Below, piece by piece: positions 1 to 10,975 of a stretch of DNA of 64,000 bases (its first letter is position 1; every line of letters starts with the position of its first letter). The position numbers and the translations under genes were made by a program. Source of the DNA: Scyliorhinus canicula. Its lineage: Eukaryota. Under the pieces are notes generated by a model, which saw only the letters and a list, made by a program, of their open reading frames with translations, was not told the origin of the DNA and made no database searches. The DNA lies in the NCBI RefSeq assembly GCF_902713615.1, contig NC_052158.1, positions 80,546,822-80,610,821 on the forward strand, given 5' to 3'.

Positions 1-355
1 AGTATTGAAGAGTGAGGGTTGATTTGTTGAGGTATTTAAAACATTAGAAGAATAAATAGGGTGCGTACAATCCAACTATTTCCTCTAGCAGGAGAACACG
101 AATGAGAGGACATAATCTTAAAATTTGAGCTAAGCCATTCAGGAGGGCAACTGAGAAACAGTTCTTTTCACATAAAAAGTTGTAAAAATATAGAATTCTC
201 TCGCCCAAAGGCTGCGGATACTAGGCCAGTTTCCAAACAAAGATCAATACATTTTTACTTGGTAAGGGTAGCAAGAAATATGGAGTTGTGGTACAGACCC
301 ACCTTGATCTAATGGGAAACAGGCTCAAGGGGCTGAATAGTCTCCACCTATTCTA
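1..355 (+). mobile_element. old CR1 LINE 3' fragment
   Basis: Degenerate RGDL.EVFK / RGHNLK / FF..V 3' motifs and a ggctcaaggggctgaat tail. Confidence 0.7.
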
Positions 356-540
356 GGAACTTAGATTTAACTGCTGTAGGCAGAGGCTGGTGAATGTGTA
401 AAGTAGACTTCCCAGGTAGGCCGAGCATGAGCATTTCAGGAAGAATTGGATTGATATTAGAAAGACAGGACAATTGAGAGGTAATAATCTTGGAATCACT
501 TTATGTTATTAAAATAAATGTCATGTTTAGTGTCTAACAT

Positions 541-849
541 GGGCAGCACGGTAGCACAGTGGTTAGCACTGTTGCTTCACAGCTCCAGGTTTCCAGGTTC
601 GATTCCCTGCTCGGGTCACTGTCTATGTGGAGTCTGCACGTTCTCCCTGAGTCTGTGTGAGTTTCGTCCGGGTGCTCCGGTTTCCTCTCCCAAGTCCCGA
701 AAGACGTGCTGTTTGGTCATTTGGACATTCTGAATTCTCCCTCAGTGTAACCGGACATGTGGCGACTAGGGGCTTTCCACAGTAACTTCATCGCAGTGTT
801 AATGTAAGCCTACTTGTGACACTAAAGATTACTATTATTATTATTATTA
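541..849 (+). mobile_element. tRNA-derived V-SINE, tail type C (also 19136-19437, minus)
   Basis: A/B boxes, V-domain ggtcactgtc.gtgtggag..ccggtttcc, tail gtggcgactagggg..aagcctacttgtgac..(TTA)n. Confidence 0.9.
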
Positions 850-919
850 CAATTACTGTTAAATATTCCAACAAATAATCCTGATGCTGGAATATAATTT
901 CTGCATTTTCTGAATATTT

Positions 920-1152
920 TCAGGAGGGATTTATTTCTGTCCATAAATCTTTCAATGCATGGAATAGATAATAACTATTTTTGAATTTCTGCTGAACTCT
1001 TATAGTTTTTACCTGATAATAACTGTCATACTTACTGCTTCCTTTTTCGCCAGCAGTTGGTTTTATTTTGCAGCAGATATATACGATTGTAATCAAGGCT
1101 AAGAGCAATCCTGAAGCAGCAATGTTACGAACCATCCAGGACAGTTTCTGAC
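920..1152 (-). CDS. CD2/SLAM-like Ig receptor, transmembrane/cytoplasmic exon (may instead end at a donor after 1036)
   Basis: Acceptor tcttttag|, in frame GQKLSWMVRNIAASGLLLALITIVYICCKIK (hydrophobic TM, CC, basic stop-transfer). Open to TGA at 920, but an internal GTAAGT donor lies at 1035. Confidence 0.75.
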
Positions 1153-1850
1153 CTAAAAGACATCAGACGGATTGAAGTTTATCACGCAATGAAACGCTGT
1201 AATGGCCATTAAACAAACCTGTAACGAGGCCGACTTTTAGAAAGTAATTATTAATCTACATGTATGTGCATATATGAATAGATATAGGCAGAAATACAGT
1301 GAGTGGTATCATTTCTTGTAGTTACGTGAATAATTTACTTCCTAATTTTGAAACATTAGCAGAGAGAACATTTCAAAGTCAGTTTCCAGGAAGTGCAAGA
1401 AAAATCAGGAGCAGGAGATCTAACCTACAACTTCAGTCCTGTGCACCAAAAAACAATTAATCACAGCTAATTTTCCATTTCACTGCCCATGGGTTCTCTG
1501 AGATTTGGAGCTTTATGGTGATGTTTAGATTGTAAGCCTGGGCTACCCTTACCCTGATGGGTCACTTTTTAAGGTTCTTACTGCAGAAGGGATCTAAGTA
1601 TATACATTCTTAGCTCAGTTAGAAACTAATTGTTGAAGGACGTTTCTATGAATCTTTGCTTCTTGTAAACCTTTCGCTGAAGAGGTCACATTATTGCGCA
1701 CAGTTAAAGCGACGAGGCATGACTAAATGTTTTCCTTTTCTATATATATTTTAAAGATTTGAAGCACATACATTATACAAGATCCAAGACTTTAATATTT
1801 GCACAATGGAATCCGTCTGTCGAGGCTGAACAGATTTTACAATCACTAAC

Positions 1851-2123
1851 CTTTAGAAGGATTCACATTACACTCTTCTCCGATCTGTGTAGTACTGGTT
1901 GCAATGCTGACTGGATTTGTTGCTATACACTTATACATGTATTGTTCCTGTTCATGTATGTGGTCTATCACTAGTTCTGTCCCATTATAGGTTCTAATGA
2001 TGGCTCCAGACAAGGATTGTTTCTCCCAGTGATATGTAACTTTTGTTCCCATGGAGACAGTGCAGCTCATCGTGATATTTGAAGTTGAACAAGTTATTAT
2101 TATCAGAGGCTTGGAAACTGGCT
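1851..2123 (-). CDS. CD2/SLAM-like Ig receptor, IgC2-domain exon
   Basis: Acceptor ctatttcag|, donor G|gttagt, 273 nt, phase 1-1. EPVSKP...MSC..GTKVTYHW...YKCIATNPVS with four Cys, as in CD2/SLAM C2 domains. Confidence 0.92.
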
Positions 2124-2661
2124 CTGAAATAGAGACACTTGTTAGGAGGCAAATTTTTAGTATTTCTTGAATGTCACCATTTTACATTTATTGGCAAATA
2201 AACAATTAGTTACATTCCAGCAAAGTTCAAAAATCTGAAATGTTAATAACTGGAATGTTGAAAATGCTTGATCAATCTTGCGTACAAAACACAAACCCTG
2301 AGGTAAATGTATTATCAGTTCAATCACTGTCCACGATTAATTTCCAGTTAATTCTATAAATTCCTGCAGCTTCAGTGAGTTAATATAAAAGCTGGAAAAC
2401 CTAGGCGAATATGCAAAATGTTGACCCATCTGTTTTCAGATGTTGATAAACTCTCTGTGTCAATAACAGATCTGAGAAAATGAGAAGGGCATCACAGTGT
2501 GAGCATTCCGCATTCCTCCCTCTCTACTGCATTCCTGATCTCAGCTGGAACCCTGAGTGGAGGTTTGCAGCCTCATCATCGAGTGAACACACCTTATGCC
2601 TTCTAATAATTGTCTCAGACTCACATTGAGTTTGAAAGACTAAGTTTTATTTTAAAGTTAT

Positions 2662-2982
2662 GGGCCTCACGGTAGCATGGTGGTTAGCATCAATGCTTCA
2701 CAGCTCCAGGGTCCCAGGTTCGATTCCCGGCTGGGTCACTGTCTGTGTGGAGTCTGCGCGTCCTCCCCGTGTGTGCGTGGGTTTCCTCCGGGTGCTCCGG
2801 TTTCCTCCCACAGTCCAAAGATGTGCGGGTTAGGTGGATTGGCCATGCTAAATTGCCCGTAGTGTAAGGTTAATGGGGGATTGTTGGGTTATGGGTTACG
2901 TGGGTTTAAGTAGGGTGATCATTGCTCGGCACAACATCGAGGGCCGAAGGGCCTGTTCTGTGCTGTAATGTTCTATGTTCTA
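2662..2982 (+). mobile_element. HE1-type V-SINE (young subfamily)
   Basis: tRNA head, V-domain and CR1/HER1-derived tail ..gggccgaagggcctg..ttctatgttcta; near-identical to copies at 7033 and 26052. Confidence 0.95.
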
Positions 2983-2993
2983 AAGTAACTTAC

Positions 2994-3344
2994 CAAACAC
3001 TCGCAAATCAAATAATTGTTGTCTTGTAGCTGTCATTGTTGTGCTGTAGCACTCGATTTGTATTTCATATAATTTAGTATCATGAATCTGTACATTGTGC
3101 AGCATCACAGAACCATTCATGTTCCTTTTCAGTCTGTTTTCATACAGTGGCTGTTTGTCAGATGTGTTCAAATTCCAGATAGCAAGTTTAGTATAAATTG
3201 GTGATTTTGATAGAAATGTTACTTCATACATAGCTCCACATTGGTTATGTACAGGGAACAGCACCTGTTCTCCCACGGCAGCATTAATGATGGTATTGGG
3301 TAGAGCTGAGATCTCTGTCTTACACAATGTAAGCAAATGGAATA
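2994..3344 (-). CDS. CD2/SLAM-like Ig receptor, IgV-domain exon
   Basis: Acceptor ttccatcccag|, donor G|gtaagt, 351 nt, phase 1-1. Motifs AAVGEQVLF, YENRL, NGSVMLHNVQIHDTKLY and FDLRVF are typical of CD2/SLAM/CEACAM N-terminal V domains. Confidence 0.88.
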
Positions 3345-3530
3345 CTGGGATGGAAAAGAAGTATAATAAAGTATTACATAGTTTTCACAGAACAGAAACA
3401 GGACATTTGGTTCAGCAAGTCTATGTTGTAGTTTATATTTCAGTAATCCTCCTTCAGCCTTTTTCATCGAACACCATCAATATATCCTGATGTACCTTTC
3501 TCCCTCATACTTTATCAACTTCGGCGCGAT

Positions 3531-4329
3531 GAAAGATGGAGTTTAATCCGGCCAAATGTGAGGTGATGCATTTTGGAAGGTTTGATACAGGTAGGGAATG
3601 TACAGTGAATGGTAGAACCCTCAAGAGTATTGACAGTCAGAGAGATCTTGGTGTACAGGTCCACAGGTCACAGAAAGAGGCAACACAGTTGGAGAAGGTA
3701 GTCAAGAAGGCATACGGCATACTTGCCTTCATTGGCCGGGGCATTGAATATAAAAATTGGCAATTCATGTTGCAGCTGTATAGAACCTTAGTTAGGCCAC
3801 ACTTGGAGTACAGTGTTCAATTCTGGTTGCCACACTACCAGAAGGATGTGGAGGCTTTAGAGATGGTGCACAAGAGATTTACCAGGATGGTGCCTGGTAT
3901 GGAGGGCATTAGCTATGAGGAGAGGTTGAATAAACTTGATTTGTTCTCACTGGAATGAAGGAGGTTGAGGGGCAAGCTGACAGAGGTCTACAAAATTACG
4001 AGGGGCAGAGACAGACTGGATAGTCAGAGGCTTTATCTCAGGGTAGAGGGGTCAATTACATCGGGGGCATAGGTTTAAGGTGTGAGGGCAAGGTTCAGAG
4101 ATGAACGAGACAAGTGTTTTTCAACACAGAGGGTACTGGGTGCCTGGAACTCGCTGCCGGAGGAGGTGGTGGAAGCAGGGACGATAGTGATGCTTCAGGG
4201 CACCTTGACTAATACATGAATAGGATGGGAATGGAGGGTTCCAGACCCTGGAAGTGTAGAAGATTTTAGTTTAGACAGGCAGTATGGTCGGCGCAGGCTT
4301 GGAGGGCCAAAGGGCCTGTTCCTGTGCTG
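3531..4329 (+). mobile_element. CR1/HER1 LINE 3' fragment
   Basis: MEFNPAKCEVMHFG..RDLGV..LYRTLVRPHLEY..FSLE and a gggccaaagggcctg tail. Confidence 0.92.
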
Positions 4330-5055
4330 GGGTCTCTTGGGTGGAGGGCTCTTGCTCTATTCCTGCTGATCCTCTTCCCTTTTACTGCTTGGTGTCCCTT
4401 GAGATCCTCCATGAGATCCAGAAGCCTCATCCGTCCTCTGGCATTGACACTCATGGATTCCCACCACCGCATGTAGCATGCAATTGAAGCCCTGCACCAT
4501 GAGCGTGCACCCTTCAACATGGAGTGCATGTTCTGCATCAAGGTCTGCACTGTGGATGCCATCCTCGCAATGTTGGTCTCATTGCATTGCAGTGATGGCA
4601 CTATTCCTCAGACAGTAGATGATGGGGACTCCTCCAGTTGGTCATGCAGTCCGAGAATGGATGCTGCCATCCCTTCCTGATTCTCAGGACTCTGCCTTTG
4701 TCATTTCATCAGTTCTGAGGCGACGAGATCCAGTAACACATCATCGGCCAGGGGCTCAGCAGAGTGCTGGGCTCCAGCATCCCTCTGAGCGCCTAATCAC
4801 TGTGATGTCCCTGCCTTCACCTGCTATGGATCATCAGCTGCGAGGTGATCACCAGTGAGTGACCCAGAAGCCTGCCGACTCGGTAATCCCACCGAGGTAT
4901 GAGTATCTGTGCTGGTGGAGGGTGCGGGTGACAGCTGTGATGCCTCCTCAATGGTAATTTTGGTCTCCCTCTGAGCTGCCCCTGTCTCTGGTTTTCAGTG
5001 GGCACAAGGATGGTCCTGGCTGCTCTTCTGCTTGTCGTGCAAGGGAAGGAAGATA

Positions 5056-5400
5056 GCATTAGTACATCACGGGGGATTAATGAAGCGACATGTTTACTTA
5101 CATGAGTTATAACCAGCATGAGGCTTGCGGGATCGGATGAATTAGTCTTCCCATGAATCTCGTTGAGTATGAGCCATGGACTCTATGTACAAAAGCTCGG
5201 CCTGAGTGACAGCCAAGCAGAGAAGTCTCAATGGGGATCTGTATGAAATGTGTAAATAGTTTCTTGCTCAATAAATAACCAGATTCTTTCAGCCTCTTGT
5301 GTGGACTCCTCTGTATACACAATATTGGTGACCAGGATAAAGTGGAACTGCAGACGGTGTCACTCGTGATTGGAAATCAAGCCATCTCTACTCGTACCAC
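5056..5400 (+). mobile_element. LTR fragment with PBS-like sequence
   Basis: AATAAA at ~5269, LTR end ..tacaca, then TGGTGACC (tRNA PBS-like) at ~5326. Confidence 0.5.
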
Positions 5401-5572
5401 TGGGAGCGCGCTTTGAGGAATGACTATGTGTCCTTTCAGTTCTCACTTGTGCTCACTGCCTCCACTTCGCCATCAGCACAGGCGCAGTCCTGCTTCTCCC
5501 TGGCCAGCTTAAAGGCTCTTTCCTCATGGTGGGGGCAAGGGTGCGGAGCTCTTGCATGACACTGGTGGCTGT

Positions 5573-5795
5573 GGCGGCATGGTGGCACAGTGGTTAGCAC
5601 TGCTGCCTCACAGCGCTGTGGACCTGGATTCGATCCTGCTCCCCGAGTCACTGTCAGTGTAGAGTTTGCACATTCTCCCTGTGTCTGCGTGGGTCTCACC
5701 CCTGCAACACAAAGGTGTGCAGGGTCGGTGGATTAGCCATGCTAAATTGTCCCTTCCTTGGAAAAAAAGAATTGAGTACTTGAAATTTTTTTAAA
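5573..5795 (+). mobile_element. short V-SINE, tail type B (also 57558-57780 and 62318-62555, plus)
   Basis: tRNA head, partial V-domain, tail aaattgccccttaattggaaaa..gggtactctaaattt. Confidence 0.85.
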
Positions 5796-7032
5796 AGACT
5801 CTGGTGATGCTCGAGTTTGTTCCTCAGGGATATAGATGGGGAGATTTTAGGCAGGAGTCCAGTCAGTTCAGTTGGTTGAGGGGTGGCATGCATGGGACTG
5901 GAGTGGGAGCGGGATGTCAGCAGCAGAATAGAGACTGGGGAGGGCACCAAGGAATGGGGGCGGGAAGAGGGACCCATGACAGGTGGGGCAACCTGCAAGG
6001 TAGCTGTGTGAGGGATCACCTTGGAGGTTTGAGGAGTGGGTGAGGAGCGGGGGGCAGCGAGAGACTGGTGGTGGCAGATTTACCCTGGCTGCACGGAGAA
6101 GATCATTCATCTTCTTCTGCCATTGGTGCCCTGTCCTCTTCTGCAGGGAGTTGACACGAACAAGAACAGCCACTGCCTCCCAGGCATGGATGGTCACCTT
6201 GTAGAAGGAACGTCATCTGTATCTCGGGTGTAAGATGTCCCTCCTCTGCTGCACTCAGTCCAGGAGCCTGGTCAGGGCTACCTCTGAAAAATGCACTGCT
6301 GGCCTCCTGGCTGCCATTCCCTTCAATTGGATTTGGAACAAGTACAGTGGAGTGCTGGGAAGGCATTTAAAAGGGTACATTGATGGGCAGGCAAGCTCAT
6401 ACTCAACGAGATTCATGGGAAGACTAATTCATCCGATCCCGCAAGCCTCATGCTGGTTATAACTCATGCAAGTAAACATGTCGCTTCATTAATCCCCCGT
6501 GATGTACTAATGCATTGATCAAATTTCCCCGGCATGAGGGAATCAGCAGCAGGAGGCCGCCAAGAGCGTAGCGTGATTCAAGTATAGATAAAAACCTTTT
6601 CTTAAGAGGCTGAAAATTCCATGAGATTTCGGCGACGTGAATTGCGCCATTTTTCTCATGATGCTGCCACTTTTCTATTTTTTGGTAAAACTCCACCCTT
6701 ACTATCAAAGGTTTTCAGCTTGCACTCATCAGGGCAGCTACGAATCATTAACCATCAATAAAGAGATACAATAATTGTTGCTTCCCGTTACTGTTGATTT
6801 ATCTTGGGCAGCTGTCCAGATGATTGGAAGATGAAAGTTTCAATGGCATGTTTCTTTTTCAGCAACACTCAAGTTCTGTACCAAACATCAATTTAATGTA
6901 ACTGGTTTTTTTCAGTTCTATCCCTGTGGAAATGAACTCCAGTGCTTTGTTAACTTTTTTATAGTCTTGCTAACCTCATCTCTACTTTTACTGGTTTAAG
7001 TAAGCCACTGCCTCCCAGGCATGGAGCAGGGT

Positions 7033-7375
7033 GGGCAGCAGGGTAGCATGGTGGTTAGCATAAATGCTTCACAGCTCCAGGGTCCCAGGTTCGATTCCCG
7101 GCTGGGTCACTGTCTGTGTGGAGTCTGCACGTCCTCCCCCTGTGTGCGTGGGTTTCCTCCGGGTGCTCCGGTTTCCTCCCACAGTCCAAAGATGTGCGGG
7201 TTAGGTGGATTGGCCATGCTAAATTGCCTGTAGTGTCCTAATAAAAGTAAGGTTAAGGGGGGGTTGTTGGGTTACGGGTATAGGGTGGATACGTGGGTTT
7301 GAGTAGTGTGATCATGGCTCGGCACAACATTGAGGGCCGAAGGGCCTGTTCTGTGCTGTACTGTTCTATGTTCTA
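7033..7375 (+). mobile_element. HE1-type V-SINE
   Basis: As 2662-2982. Confidence 0.95.
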
Positions 7376-8030
7376 ACTATTACCATCTCTGCTCCTGTCC
7401 CACATTTAGGCATTATTTTCGAAGCAGTATGCAACCTCTGTATTCTGCTTCTGTGAATACACCACCTCACACCTAGTTATGCTGAAGTTAATTTTTCACA
7501 TGGCATGCCCAAATGCAATTTTATTAATGCCTTCCTGTCTGTAGTTCTATTCCCCCTTTGTGTCAATTATGCTTGTCAATTAATTTGGTGTTTTCTGCAA
7601 ATTGTGCTTTTGATTCTTGAGACACATTGCTTATGTAAATGGTGAAAAATCGTGATCACTGCATTGATTCTTTTTTAAAATAAATTTAGAGTACCCAATT
7701 AATTTTTTTCCAATGAAGGAGAAATTTAGCGTGGCCAATCCACCTGTCCTGCATATCTTTGGGTTGTGGGGACAACACCCACGGGGCGAATGTGCAAACT
7801 CCACACAGACAGTGACCCAGGCCCGGGATCGAACATGAGACCTTGACAACAGTAAGACAGTAGTGCTAACCACTGTGCCATTGTGCTGCCACACAGCATG
7901 GATTCTTAAGGAACACCAGCACCCCCTTAGAGTAACTCAGTTGGCCCAAAAATAAAGATTTCTGCATGAAATTAGAAAACATTCTTATTTCTAAACAATA
8001 GTTAGAATAATAATTCCTGAAGTATTTTAC

Positions 8031-8079
8031 CTGAAAGCAGCGTCTGCATTTTCACATCAAGGAGGCCCAAGTTCTTCAT
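8031..8079 (-). CDS. CD2/SLAM-like Ig receptor, coding exon 1 (leader MKNLGLLDVKMQTLLS)
   Basis: Minus strand reads ttcacag|caaagctATG...TCAG|gtaaaa. The 49 nt phase-1 exon splices in frame to the IgV exon (VFHLLTLCK..., completing a hydrophobic leader). Confidence 0.6.
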
Positions 8080-10058
8080 AGCTTTGCTGTGAACAGTTTA
8101 TTTTTAGTTTCTTCTTTTCAGGGATTGGCCCAAAAAGAATGTCAACTGGAGAAGAATAAAATAGATTTTTTGAGGTATAGCAGTAATGACCTTTCGTGGA
8201 AATCTTTATTTTTCCCAATTGGAGTACATTGAGGCATTTTGTATTTAAAAATGGAGACACATTAATGGTGAGCACAGGACGTGGTACACAAGACTATCCA
8301 GACTGAGTGGAATGGGAGATCTGAACATTTGAGAAATAGTGGTCATTTTCAGCCCTTCCTGGGTTAAAAATATAATGTATAAGAGCAGAAACAGAAACTG
8401 CAAAGAAAATGTGTGAGGTGTACAATTTTGAGGTCCTGGGAAAGAATAAGTAAGATTAACGCGCAGTTAATACGATCAGTTTAGAATACATCATCGCTTG
8501 TGATCAATTTGGAACTTCAAAGAAATGGAAGAAAAATACTCAGAGGACAAGTAGTCAAAATGGTGTTGACAAAATTAAAAAACACAAAAAGTGATGTGAC
8601 AAAAGAAAAAGGTGAGGTAGAACAATATTGTCCATCATGTGACAATTGTTATCTTGTGCAGTACATCTTGCAGATGTGTGAGAAGGTGCTAAGAGGTTAT
8701 TTCACTATATAGAATGGTGTCTAACCCCAAGAAGGAATGTACTGCAATGTTTAAGGACTGGTATGACTGTTTACTTTTTTTAAATAGGGATGCAACGCTA
8801 CAATGTTCCAGTCTCAAGTCTGCAAAGGTGTTTTGCAGTAGCAAAGCAATTAACCACATGGGAAAATACATTTTCTTCGGCTGTTTCTTCGTGATTAATA
8901 TGAGATTCCCCCACCGACCCATCAAGCGATGTATTAGCTTAGTGAGAAGCCTTGTGGTTGGGACCGCAGAGAATCTGCAGCTGTTAGGCAAATGCTTGCG
9001 TGCAGCAATAAGAGCTCTGTTAATTCTGTGATAGGTTCCGATTTTTACTCACCTTGACTTGGGCTACATTCCAACTAATTCACAGATCATTTCAAATGTT
9101 CAGTGAAACATGGCATTGTATATTTCCACAGCCAGCTTTCCACAAAATACAACTACAAATATTTGCAAAGTACATAATGAGAATAATAAACTTTTCAGAT
9201 TCCACCTTTTAATTTTGGGGTGCAGCAGTAAATACCAAAAAAACAAATTTGTGTTCCTAACTAAATTTAACTCCTGGTAAGAATAATGCAATATCACAGT
9301 GAAGATCTGTGTGTTGGTCTTTATTGCAAGAGAGATGGAGTATAAAAGTAAGGAAGTCTTGTTACAACTGTACAGGGTGTCAGGAAAGCAGAAGTAGGTT
9401 AATCGATCTATGGTTGTATTGTTGGATATTCAAAATACAGGACAGTTTTATGTGGGTTTAATTTAGTAGTTTGTGTAAAAATATTAGATTCTCTAGTTCG
9501 ATTCATGTTAAACAAAGGTATTTGCATGCAAGGAGTTTTGGTTTCAGTTCAAACTGTGTTTCTATTGTGCTGAAAGAATTTACGATGGGAAACGTGAACA
9601 CAAACTTGGGGAAAGAATGCAATGTTGCTTAACAACCAGGGGCAACTTTTAGGGAGAAGACCTTTTGAGTACTCATGTTTAACTGGATCCAAACAGTTAG
9701 GGCTAGGAGATAAGTGAGGGAACAAGCTCCAGATAAGCTAATGGACAGTTAGTTCTAGAAATTAGAAGTTTCCAGGATGTGTGAAGTTAAAGGAACCTCC
9801 ATTGGGGCAGGGTACTTGGTCACTGAAGCTAAAATCAGAGCTGAAGGTGCAGACCTGGGTGAATTTGGACAGAAAAGCCAGAGATCAGAAGCAATTCTAA
9901 AGTTGGTGTCCTTCTTTTCAGCCTTTGGAAACAATAGTATTCTTTTGGGGACTCAGTACCTGCATTTTTATGTAGAAATTTGGAGGCTGTGGCAAATCAA
10001 GACAAGGAAATACAGAAAGGAGAGTTGGCAAACCTGGAGGTGGATCCTTGCTAAAACA

Positions 10059-10241
10059 GGGGCTGGTTTAGCACAGGGCTAAATAGCTGGCTTTTAAAGC
10101 AGACCAAAGCAGTCCAGCAGCGCAGGTTCAATTCCCATACCAGCTCCCCAAACAGGCGCTAGAATGTGGCGACTAGGGGCTTTTCACAGTGACTTCATTT
10201 GAAGCCTACTTGTGACAATAAGCGATTTTCATTTCATTTTC
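10059..10241 (+). mobile_element. SINE type D (no V-domain; also 59276-59468 minus and fragments at 37469-37717)
   Basis: Head ggggctggtttagcacag, B-box ggttcaattccc, tail gtggcgactagggg..aagcctacttgtgacaataagcga(TTTCA)n; flanked by AAACA(G). Confidence 0.88.
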
Positions 10242-10309
10242 AAACAGTGGGGAGGAAGCCTTGTTTGAAAGGAGTGCTGGTGTGAGCTCCAGGACATCTG
10301 GTGAGCAAC

Positions 10310-10683
10310 CCATTAAGAAGAAGCTGAAATCAAGAACAAAGCAGTATAAAGATGATTATTAATTGTGCCAATGCAAATCAGGATGCAAAGCTCATGTATA
10401 TTATATGCAGGGAAGTACTGGCAAATGAAAGATTAAAAGCATGGTGAGTTTGAGGGCAAACCTCTTTATTTTTTTCAGTGAAAAATTAAATCATCAGCTC
10501 AAGTCCTTAGCAGAAATGTAACATTGAATGACAAAGCAAGTGAGATCGGGAGGACCAAGCAGGTTCACCTGTCACATTACAGGTAAGCAAAAATGGTGGG
10601 TCGTGACGTTTGGGTGGTGTGGATCGCAAAGGTTGGCCAGTTGGTAAAAATGGGACCCTGGCAAAAAAGTTTGAAAAACACTG
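10310..10683 (+). mobile_element. hAT (Charlie/Buster, ZBED5-like) deletion derivative
   Basis: KQYKDDY...ICREVLANERLK resembles the Buster BED finger; right end aaaaagtttgaaaaacactg (CAGTG-type TIR). Confidence 0.6.
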
Positions 10684-10975
10684 ACCTATGGTAATCTGGG
10701 ACCATGGCGACTTTACATTTACCTATATTGTGTAACCTGTGTTATTCTTGAAATCTGTGTACCTTTGCGAAGATAAGGAGTGAAGGAGTATTACATTATA
10801 GTCAAACTTTTCTTGTTTAATAAATATTATTTTCCTGTTGTCAGAAGCTAATTGGCAGTCCAGTTACTCTGTTCCTCCACGTTTTCTCAAACAAGTTAAA
10901 TGTTGTGGATTTCTGAGCCAGGGTTCCATTCTGGAACCTTCCCATCCATTAGTAACACCAACTGGGATCATAACA

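Larger units (their letters stand above)
4330..6700 (-). mobile_element. Degraded PIF/Harbinger element encoding a Myb/SANT-like protein
   Basis: Minus strand MAARRPAVHFSEVALTRLLD*VQQRRDILHP...AWEAVAVLV..RTGHQWQKKMNDLLRAAR|gtaaat (Myb/SANT-like, with stops and frameshifts); TIR-like GGGTGGAGTTTTACC near 6698. Confidence 0.7.
9378..10975 (+). mobile_element. long solo LTR (with nested SINE and hAT relic) splitting a CR1 fragment
   Basis: TGTCAGGAAA...GGGATCATAACA, TSD AGGG/ATGG. The CR1 reading LQLYR|ALVRPHL is restored on removal; homologous to 43563-44926. Confidence 0.75.

Noticed and set aside
541-620. tRNA-like A/B boxes at many sites
   Set aside because: They are SINE heads continuing into V-domain/tail sequence; no intact cloverleaf or terminator.
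2677-2862. Near-identical 61-70 aa ORFs (also 7021, 26067) resembling a gene family
   Set aside because: Chance ORFs within HE1 SINE copies.
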